Below, one piece after another: positions 21,323 through 39,310 of a stretch of 64,000 nt of DNA. The number at the start of each line of letters is the position of its first letter. The stretch's first letter is position 1. Made by a program: the position numbers and the translations under genes. The notes under the pieces were generated by a model. That model made no database searches, was not told where the DNA came from, and saw only the letters and a program-made list of their open reading frames with translations. Where the stretch lies: the NCBI GenBank assembly GCA_951406725.2, contig OX597840.1:23002001-23066000 (forward strand), read 5' to 3'. The DNA comes from Octopus vulgaris. Lineage: Eukaryota.

Positions 21323-24300
21323 TGTTTCAGCCATCCGGCTGAGGCCATGCTGGGGCACCGCCCTTGTTGCTACCCTCTCTAAGTCCAGTTTGCCGTGGCT
21401 GGCCACTGATCTAAGAGAGAGTTTGTAGCTGCTGCCCTTAGGTTACCTTCGTACCTTGCAGTGGGTTCATCTGGGATCCCGGAAAGCAGCTTGTCTAGAT
21501 GTTTTTGAAAATGTCCACATCCGCATCATGTAGATCTCTTAGTTTTCTTGGCAGTTTGTTGAAAAGCTGAGGGCCCCTGAACCCCAGGCTATTACAGTAT
21601 CTGCTCCTTACCCTGGATGTGGAAGACGGGACCTTTGGCACCACACAGTGACGTCCTGTACGGGGATTGGAACAGCTCTCAATTCCAAAATTTGGTGCTA
21701 GTCCCTCCAGGATTTTCCATATGTATATCACTGCATATCTCTCTCGTCTTCGTTCCAAGGAGTACAAATTGAGTTCCCTAAGCCTCTCCCAATAGTTCTT
21801 TTCTTTCATGGTGGAAATCCTCTTGGTGAAATGTCTTTGGATTGTCTCAAGCTCTGTGGTTAGTTTGACACTATGCGGTGACCACAGTTGGGAGCAGTAG
21901 TCCAGGCGGCTTAGGACAAATGTCCTCCATAGTGTCAACATGGTCTCGCAGTCTCTTGTCCGGAATGTCCTCAGGATCCAGCCAGTGAGTCGTCTGCACA
22001 TTGTCGCCACCTTCGCGATGTGTGAAGAAAAAGATGCATCGTCACTCATGTCTATCCCCAGGTCCCGTATTGATTTCGATACTGGGATTTCGATCCCTCC
22101 TGGACCAGTATAGTTGTGTTGTAATGTATATGTGTTTACAGCTTGATATTGTAAGGCTTGAAATTTACCAGCATTAAATTGCATGTTGTTGTCTTCAGCC
22201 CATTTGTATATGGCATCCAGATCTTGTTGTAAAAGGTCAGCATCAGCTGGGTTTTTGATTGCCTGTGCTACCTTTGTGTCATCAGCATAGCTAGTGAGGG
22301 ATGTTGTTTGTGCTACCAAGGGCATGTCAGAGAGCGCCACCAAAACAGCAAGGGTCCCAAGACTGTGCCCTGTGGCACCCCGCTTGCTATTGGTGTCTTT
22401 CCCGAGAGGGCTCCATTGGCTGCAACCATCTGGCTTCTGTCCTTCAGGAAGTCATGTATCCACTCACCTACTTTTCCTGTTATGCCGAGTCTGAGTAATT
22501 TGTGACATATCACTCCGTGGTCGACTTTGTCAAAGGCCTTCGCAAAGTCGAGATATACCACATCCACCTGTGAGCGATCCAGTAGTTGTTTCAGTACCCA
22601 GTCGTAGTGTTGTAACAGCTGCGTAAGGCAGCTTCTTCCTGGGCGAAAGCCATGCTGTGTGTCAGTGAGACGGTTAGTTTCTTCGAGGAACGTGATCAGT
22701 TTTTTTCTGATGATTCGTTCCATGACCTTACTTATGTGTGACGTCAGGGAGACTGGCCTGTAGTTTTTGGCCTCTGCTCTACTCCCTCCTTTGTGGATAG
22801 GACATATGGTGCCTTCTTTTAGCGCCCTGGGCAGTTTACCGTTAGCCAAGGAACCACTGAAGAGCTTCTTCAGTGGTCCCGCTAGGGCATGCCTGCATGT
22901 TTTTAGGAGGACTGCTGGGAATCCATCTGGTCCAGCAGCTGAGTTTATTCTCATTTCTTCTATGGCAGATATTACATCCCTCTCTGTTATGTCTATGTGG
23001 TCGATGGTTGTTGTTTGGTTTTGGAGTGTTGTGGCATCAAAGAAAACTTCTGGGTTTGTGATTTGCATGTGCCCCAGAGGGGATGTGAACACACTTTTAT
23101 ACTGTTCCTTTAGTATTTCACTTATCCCTTGGGGGTCCTCAGTTAGAGAGCCCTTTTTATCAAAGAGTGGGCCAATCTTGCAGTGTACCGAGGTGGTTTC
23201 TTTCGCAAATTTAAAGAAGGCTTTAGGGTTTGTTTTAATATTCTCTATGGCCCTGGCTTCTCTCTCTGCCCTCTCCTTCTCATAGGAAAGTTTGAGTGCA
23301 GTTTCCGTTTCAAAAAGTTTCAGGTGGAGTCCCTCATTGTTTCTCTGCCGTGCATTCAGTTGCTTCGAGAGCTTAGCTCTTCGCCTCATAAGTATTTTCC
23401 TGTCTCTGGGAATAACGTTCCTATGCCCGCTGGCTTTTTTCTCCGGGACAAACTTATGGCATATGTTCTGTATTGTTGTCATGAAATGTTGGAAATGTGT
23501 GTTGGTGTCTTGTGTGGTGATGAAGTCACTCCAGTCATGTTTTCGGATCTCTTCATTGATCTTCTTCCAGTTTGCCTTATGGAAGTTTAGACTGGATAGG
23601 CCTGTGGTATTTTCTAATGGCTGCGTCTCAACTAACTCTCTCACACCATATATCATTACCTCTACTAAGTTGTGATCTGAGAGAATTGTTGGTGTTACCA
23701 TTATGTTGTGGATGAGCATCGGGTTGCTTGTGAAACAGAGGTCCAAGACATTCTCACCTCTTGTTGGCCGAAGCACTGCTTGTTCCATGAAAAACTTGCG
23801 TGTGAGAGCCAATAAGGACTCTGTCTGTCTCTGTTCAAGTGATGTCATTCCAGGGAGGAGATGGCCATCTGGCCATTTGACTTTCGGAAGGTTAAAATCT
23901 CCCAGCAGTAGAATGGTGTTACCCTGGTCCAGTTTGTCCAGGACTTCTTCTATTCTTCTGAGGCTATCTTCAAACACTCCTTCATGACTAGGGGTGTCTG
24001 GTGGCCGATATGTGACACATATTACTATTTTCGGTTGTTTCATGTGTACTATCAGTGTGTCACAGACTGAGTTTGAGTGTGTCAACAGTACTATGGGTGT
24101 GACATCTTCACGGACGTACAGGGCAACCCCACCATGAGTTCTTTCCTTCCTGTCCGACCGAAAAACAGTATACTTCGGTATGTGTATTTCTGCATCTGCT
24201 ATACTGCTTGACAGGTGCGTTTCAGTCAGCGCTATGCATATTGCATGGTTGCTTGTGCTCAAGTCCCTAAGGTAAGGAATTTTACCCATATTAGTGGGTT

Positions 24301-24455
24301 TCACCAGACCTCTGACATTCAGCAGAAGCACTGGTGAGACACCCGGGGTGTCAATAAAGGCTGACGGTGTGGCACCTGGGCCGGCGTCAGCGGTGGCCAC
24401 CCTGGGTCCCTTGATTGTGGTGGTCTTGAGTGCTGTTGTGAGTGCCCCTGGCTCT
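21323..24455 (-). mobile_element. CR1/L2-group LINE, subfamily A: near-complete ORF2 (APE endonuclease + RT), 5'-truncated
   Basis: APE motifs (LLNVRGL, LTETHL, YRPP, LGDFN, SDH) and RT motifs ([35 protein letters not shown]). 1-bp shifts at ~22340 and ~21505 lie in homopolymers. Confidence 0.92.
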
Positions 24456-25408
<953 letters not shown>

Positions 25409-25536
25409 CAGCCGTAGAAACACTGCCAGATTTGACTGGGCCTGATGAAGCCTTCTGGCTTCACAGACCCCAGCAGAACTATCCAACCCATGCTAGCATG
25501 GAAAACGGACGCTAAATGATGATGATGATGATGATG

Positions 25537-25538
<2 letters not shown>
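25409..25538 (+). mobile_element. 5'-truncated retroposon 3' end with (GAT)n tail
   Basis: ...CATGCTAGCATGGAAAACGGACGCTAAATGATGATGATGAT; flanked by TA on both sides. Confidence 0.55.
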
Positions 25539-25633
<95 letters not shown>

Positions 25634-25637
25634 TATA

Positions 25638-25719
<82 letters not shown>

Positions 25720-25744
25720 GTATGTATATATATATATATATATA
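25539..25744. repeat. (TA)n microsatellite
   Basis: Direct reading. Confidence 0.95.
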
Positions 25745-26440
25745 ACGGGTGCTTTATGAAAATAGACAAAAGACGAAGGCAGGTGGAAAACAAACAAACA
25801 ATTGTATTAGTATGGCGCTCAGGAAATATAAATAAAACAAGTCTTTAACGTTTCGAGCCTACGCTTCTTCAACAGAAAGATACACAGAGAGAAAAAAACA
25901 CAGAAAGAAGGAGAGAAAAAAAAATGCGTGCAGTAACTAACAAACCAACATGGCGATCTGATTTCGGCCAGAAGTCAAAGATCAAACATGAGACGCGAGA
26001 GCGAAATTAGGGAGATAATAGGTATGAGTGACCAGCTCCAACATAAGGGTGTGTGTGTGTGTGTGTGTATGAGAGAGTATTAGTGCGTATGAGAGGTCTG
26101 GACGTGTGTATGTATAGGGTTGGTGTATGCATTAGTATGTATTAGTATGTATATATGTGTGTGTGTGTGTGTATGAGAGAGTATTAGTGCGAATGAGAGG
26201 TCTGTACGTGTGTAAGTATAGGGTTGGTGTATGTATTGGTATGTATTAGTATGTATTAGTACGTATTAGTATGTATAAGGGTGTGTGTGTGTGTGTATGA
26301 GAGAGTATTAGTGCGTATGAGAGGTCTGGACGTGTGTATGTATAGGGTTGGTGTATGTATTAGTATGGCACATCATATATGATGTGATGTGTAAAGTCGT
26401 GTGGTGTAGTGTGGAGAGAGGAGAAGAGGGGGAGGGGGAG
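25745..26440 (-). mobile_element. Penelope-like element terminal-repeat relic with internal ~105-125 bp tandem repeats
   Basis: Minimal hammerhead-like fold at 25842-25880; related to the copies at 51506 and 59265. Three GTATGAGAGAGTATTAGTGCG units at 26045-26365. Confidence 0.55.
25842..25880 (-). ncRNA. Putative minimal type-I hammerhead ribozyme, non-canonical core
   Basis: Minus strand reads TCTTT-CTGTTGA-AGAAGC-GTAG-GCTC-GAAA-CG-TT-AAAGA: stem I TCTTT/AAAGA, a short stem II and a palindromic ACGT helix III. Confidence 0.45.
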
Positions 26441-26530
26441 ATATATATATGTATATATATATATATGTATGTATGTATATATATATATATATATGTATGT
26501 ATATATATATGTATGTATATATATATATAT

Positions 26531-27621
26531 GATTTTGATTTTTCCAGTTTCAGCTAATGAGCTGTGGTCATGCTGGGGCACCACCATTTGGTTTGCTACA
26601 CGGGTTTACCTCACGGATGCTTTTTAGCAAACGCCATCTGATGCATGAGAGAGTTCGATGCAGCTGCCCTCATCTGCACCTCCTGCCGTGAAGTTGGTTC
26701 ATCCGGGACACCTGACAGGAAGAGATCCAGTCCTACTTTAAAGACATCCGCATCTACACCATGCAGGTCCCTCAGGTTCTTCGGGAGGACATTGAAGAGC
26801 CGTGGGCCTCTGAAGCCCAGGCTATCACAATATCTTGTCCTACATCTTGATGGCAAATTTGGAGTCCTTGGTACTACGCAGTGGCGTCCGGTTCTGGCGT
26901 TTGTGTGACTCTCGATGCCAAAGTCTGGGACAAGACCCTTCCAGGATCTTCCAGATATATATTATGGCATATCTTTCTCGCCTACGCTCCAGGGAATAGA
27001 GCTTTAATCTCTTGAGTCTCTCCCAGTAGCTCGTATGCTGCACAGAGGCTATCTTCTTCGTGTAGCTTCGTTGGATCGCCTCAAGTTCTGTGATCAACTT
27101 GACACTGGATGGTGACCATAGCTGAGAGCAATAGTCAAAGTGACTTAGGACAAGTGTCCTCCAGAGGACCATCATGGTTTCTTGTTCTCTTGTTCTAAAG
27201 GTTCTAAGAATCCATCCAGCCAGCCGTCTGCATTTCACTGTCAGTTTAGCAACATGTACATGAAAGGTCGCGTCATCACTCATGTGAATACCCAGGTCAC
27301 GCACTGATTGTGCCTCTGGGATTGCAATCCTCCGGGTCCAGTGTATTCCTTGGGTATTGCATTCAGTTTTGCATGCTGATAGTATAAAGCTTGAAACTTT
27401 TCAGCATTGAACTGCATGCTATTCTTTTCAGCCCACTTGTATATTTCGTCCAGCTCATATTGCAGGTGCCTAGTGTCTTCAGGGTTCTGTATTGCCTGTG
27501 AAACTTTTGTATCATCTGCATAACTTGTGATCGTGGCTCTCCGCGTGGCTGAGGGCATGTCTGAGAGGGCCATTACGAACAGTAGTGGTCCCAAAACAGT
27601 GCCCTGTGGAACACCGCTCAC
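26531..27621 (-). mobile_element. CR1/L2-group LINE, subfamily B, 5'-truncated older copy
   Basis: Encodes [10 protein letters not shown]...YADD...[10 protein letters not shown]...VPDEP and is clearly similar to the copies at 33759 and 39214. TA tracts on both sides. Confidence 0.9.
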
Positions 27622-28065
<444 letters not shown>

Positions 28066-28550
28066 TAAAAGGCAGATTTTATCTGCCTCCCTTTGGGAGT
28101 TATACAAATCTACAATATAGGATTTCTTCAATTACAATTTACCTAGCAATTTTAAGAGTACAATGCATCGCGTCATGCCAGGTCCAGTTTTTAAAATTTA
28201 AACTCCAATTAAGCAAAATTTACAGAAAACTCACATCTGGTGTGTGTGTCAAATGCTTTTCTTAGTCTGGTTTACACCACACGCAAACGCACACACACAG
28301 TGGGCAGCGTATAAAATGAAAGTAATTTACTTACTGTACTGAGTGATTCTTTTCACTCTGCCTCCCACTTCCTCTTTCAACACAGACACGCAAATATATA
28401 AATAAAATTGTAAGCTAACGTGCGTGTGTGTGAGTGTGTGTGTGTGTGTGTGTGCGCGGTGTGTGTGTGTGAGGTCGTGTGTGTGTGTGTGTGTGTGCGT
28501 GTGCGTGAGTGTGTGACAGGAAAGTTTTTTACGACGAATATAAGTAGCAG
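28066..28550 (+). mobile_element. Possible non-autonomous Helitron-like element 5' part
   Basis: Starts TCTCTTATTATAAAAGGCAG directly after TA, similar to the 5'-TC termini of Helitron-N elements. No 3' CTAG hairpin was identified. Confidence 0.25.
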
Positions 28551-28552
28551 AA

Positions 28553-29032
28553 AGATAAGACAGTAAGGTGTGATTTGAGGGAGATTTGGCTGCTATTTCT
28601 ACCATGTCTAGCTGCCATGTAGGGGTCTCCCTCATAGGCTCATACATACATATATACATAGATAAGACAGTAAGGTGTGATTTGGGGGAAATTTGGCTGC
28701 TATTTCTACCAGGTCTAGCTGCCATGTAGGGGTCTCCCTCATAGGCTCATACATACATATATACATAGATAAGACAGTAAGGTGTGATTTGGGGGAAATT
28801 TGGCTGCTATTTCTACCAGGTCTAGCTGCCATGTAGGGGTCTCCCTCATAGGCTCATACATACATATATACATAGATAAGACAGTAAGGTGTGATTTGGG
28901 GGAAATTTGGCTGCTATTTCTACCAGGTCTAGCTACCATGTAGAGGTCCCCCTCATTGGCTCATATATATATACATACATAAGACAGTAAGGTGTGATTT
29001 GAGGGAGATTTGGCTGCTGTTTCTACCAGGTC
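28553..29032. repeat. 107-bp minisatellite, ~4.5 copies
   Basis: Unit GATAAGACAGTAAGGTGTGATTTG(A/G)GGGA(G/A)ATTTGGCTGCTATTTCTACC...CATACATACATATATACATA recurs at ~28553, 28660, 28767, 28874 and 28978. Confidence 0.92.
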
Positions 29033-29099
29033 TGTTAGGCCTTCTCATGTAAACTCAAGCTTTCTTATGCCTTGAACATAAGACCAAAGCAGAGAATGT

Positions 29100-29320
29100 A
29101 TTCTTTTATTCTTCTGCTTTTTCCAGCCATTGGTCTGTGGCCATGCTGTGGGCAATGCCTTGAAGAATTGTAGTTTAATGAATCAACTCCAGTTTTATTT
29201 TTTGTAAGCATTGTACTTATTCTATCTGTTTCCCTTTGTCAAACCACTAGGTGACAGGGATGTAAACAAACCAACATTCGTTGTCAAGCAGTGGTGGAGG
29301 ACAATCACAAGCACAGACAC
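29100..29320 (-). mobile_element. Diverged 3' half of the 12240-type SINE
   Basis: Minus strand shows TTTACATCCCTG...ATAGAATAAGTAC...GGCATTGCCCACAGCATGGCCACAGACCAATGGCTGGAA. Confidence 0.55.
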
Positions 29321-29384
29321 GCACACACACACACATACATGCATACATACATATATATATATGTGTGTATATATATATTACGTG

Positions 29385-29625
29385 GAAGGTGTTTGTAAGT
29401 ATTATTTAGAAACACACAAAACTCAGCATTCATTTCAACATTTAAATTTCATTTGCCAAAAAATATTTTTCGTCGCTTTGAGACCGCGACCTGTTCACTG
29501 ACAAAAATATCGTGCTAACAGGTCGCGGTCTCAAAGCGACGAAAATATTTTGACAAATTAAATTTAAATGTTGAAGTGAATCTAACGGTTTTTGTGTGTT
29601 TCTTAAATGGCTTATAAACACCTTC
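29385..29625. mobile_element. ~240-bp fold-back element, probably an inverted pair of Penelope-like terminal repeats
   Basis: Imperfect ~110-bp inverted arms (GAAGGTGTTT...ACCTGTT / AACAGGT...AAACACCTTC) around a ~20-bp spacer; the arms contain a hammerhead-like fold. Confidence 0.7.
29452..29504 (-). ncRNA. Putative minimal hammerhead ribozyme with swapped G3:C8 core
   Basis: Minus strand reads TTTGTCA-GTGAACA-G-GTCGC-GGTCTCAAA-GCGAC-GAAA-AATATT-TTT-TGGCAAA. Confidence 0.5.
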
Positions 29626-30137
29626 AACGCTGCAACTGTTTTCGTTCCAGCACACGATCTCAGATCAAGTCACTTGCTATGCAAGTACATCTCTGTAACT
29701 ATTTATACATTTATATATATATATATATATATGTATATTGTTAAAAACAGTAAGATAACAAAAGAAAGAAAGAGACCTCAATATTATGTAAATAGAGGAA
29801 ATCTTTCTATATATGAGGCTGTGTGTCTGTCTCCTACGATTTAGATTCCTAACTACTCCCACATTTTGCGGTGCAGTTTAACCAAAATATCTTATAGTCG
29901 TGATTTATATCGAGACCGTCTGGGTATTAGCGCGCGTCTACGATGAGTATACGATTTAAAAAAAAATTACCACAATTTTTATATGTTTAATCCATTTTTG
30001 ACATATATGTAGTAATATATTTATTATTAAATCTCAGAACGTAAAAAGCTACAGTAACACCCCCCCTTATGGTTAGCCATATTGAGATGGCTATTATACT
30101 ATACATCTCTAAATATGCTTATATATTATTTCCCTTA

Positions 30138-37065
<6,928 letters not shown>

Positions 37066-38421
37066 TGTGCGCATATATCAATATATACGTGCATGTGTGT
37101 GTGTGTGTGTGTTAGTAGTAGAATCGTTTATATCCTCGCAAAAACGTATCACAAATTCTTGTTACTGTTAATTTCGTTAAATCTATTATCTATAAATTAC
37201 CTGTTACTCTGTTTATATATATGTGCGCATATATCAATATATACGTGCATGTGTGTGTGTGTGTGTTAGTAGTAGAATCGTTTATATCCTCGCAAAAACG
37301 TATCACAAATTCTTGTTACTGTCTATAAATTACCTGTTACTCTGTTTATATATGTATGTGCGTATATATCTATGTGTGTGAGTAGTAGAATCGTATTGTA
37401 GCTTATCTTAGGAGACATTTGTCTATAGCGAAATAAATATATATTGCCATTTCTTGGCGTGTTTTCTTTCAGCTGTTTTAATTATTATTATTAAAGGTAT
37501 AGTCGCAATTAGTTATAGTTTTGTTATAGAAGAATTTGTCTGTTGCGGCGGACAAATGTATTATTACACTATTCTATTATCTATTATTATTATCACTTGT
37601 TAAATATATATGTGTGTGTTATATACATATGTGTGTATGTGTATACTACATATATATATATAAACTCTGTAAAACCTCCTGGCCTGTTTTTTCTTTCTTT
37701 CTTTTCTTTTCCTTCAGCTGTTTTATTTTATTTTATTTTCATTTTTATTATTATTATTGTCTTATAATCTCTTACTATTATTACCTTTGTAATATATGCT
37801 TATATATGTTTTGTAATATATGCTTATATATGTTTCATTATTATTATTGTCTCTTTATATACTCACTTGTTACTCTTGTCTATATATGTGCATGTGCACA
37901 CGTGTGTACATGTATGTGTGTGTGTGTATACATATGTATGTCCCAATAGCTTCGTTTAGAATTCTATCTGTCTCTTCATTTCTCTCCCTTGCGCCCCTCC
38001 TTGGCCCAATAGCTTCGTTTAGATCTCTCTATCTGTCTTTCGGTTCTCTCCCTTTGCGCTTTCTCTGTCTATCTCAGCTCTCCTCTAGAGGCTTCCTCTA
38101 TCTTCCTTCAGCACTCAGTATCTCCTCTTCCTCTTCTCTCTTGCTCTCTTCTCTTGGCTCCCAATCTCTCCTTAAGTGCACGGACGCTCTCTTTCTCTAT
38201 TACCCCCTACCCCCCTATTGCACTATTGGATTAATATAACTTAATATAACTAGATAGATAGATAGATAGACAAAATATCTCTCCTCTTCCTCTTCTCTCC
38301 TGCTCTCTTCTCTTGGCTCCCAATCTCTCCTTAAGTACATAGACGCTCTCTTTCTCTATTACCCCCCTACTTTGGATTAATATAACTTAACATAATTAGA
38401 TAGATAGATAATATATCAAGA

Positions 38422-39310
38422 ATGTCCAGAGCTTGGAAACGTGATGAACTGGTGTGGTTCCTACGAGGATGGCAATGCGCTGACGGAGAAAGTCCAAGTA
38501 ACATAATTGCGGCAGCACTAAAGAACAAAGGATTCAAAAGGACATCAGCACAAATAGAGCGGAAGAGGCAAGAGTTCGTACGCTCATACGCACTTGTCAG
38601 ATCGCACATAAACACACTGGATGCCATTTTCAACAGCGAAAAACGCGAACAAAGTAAAGATGGCAAGGATGGAGACGTGGGCGCAGATGAGGAGGGTCAC
38701 CCCCACCTGGTGGACGCCCAGGAAGAAAACTCCAACGATAGGCCTGCCCGGGAGGTGAACCCAGGTACGGATGCTCCTACCGGCTCCAAAAGCCGTGGAC
38801 ATGGAGATGAAGAGGCCAAAAAAAGAGGAAAACTGAAGCTAAAACTCAGACAAAGCCAAGGGACAAGGCAGCCAGGGACAGAGGCAAACCTAACGGTCCA
38901 TATGCCAAAAAGGATGGAAACAAGCAGCGCACACGGGTATGTAGGTTCTACCTGAAAGGTGCCTGCCGGCATGGAGAGGAAGGTGCAGGCTGCCGCTTTG
39001 CACATCCGGGACCCTGCCGCAGAAACCAACCACCGAGAGGAAATGGGATGGACCAGGCATCACCTGCCCCAAAACGGAGGTACGCAGATGTGGTGCGTAC
39101 CACAAACCACCAACGTGTTGTTGAAAGGGCAGCTGCTGAGCAGGAATCTTTTTGTGCATGGCACAAAAGATTGTACAGCAGCTAACCTGGCTCCATCAGG
39201 CTCAGGCTCGCAGATGGAACTGCCCACAGTTCACGAGACCGCCACAGCAGATGGACCCAGGGTGGACAACGCCGGCAACAGCATACACCTCACCTCGATG
39301 CTCCTACTGA
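38422..39310 (+). CDS. LINE ORF1: N-terminal Myb/SANT-like (trihelix) domain + CCCH zinc finger (two homopolymer frameshifts)
   Basis: WKRDELVWFL...IIAAALKNKGFKRTSAQIERKRQEFVRSY fits the Myb/SANT-like pattern. After the A7 run at 38818-38824 the next frame gives CRFYLKGACRHGEEGAGCRFAHP and RRYADVVR. After the T5 run at 39149-39153 the frame runs to TGA at 39310. Confidence 0.6.

Noticed and set aside
28553-29032. CRISPR-like regular repeats here and in the 84-bp ZNF periodicity
   Set aside because: The units repeat in full with no unique spacers, there are no cas genes, and the context is eukaryotic.
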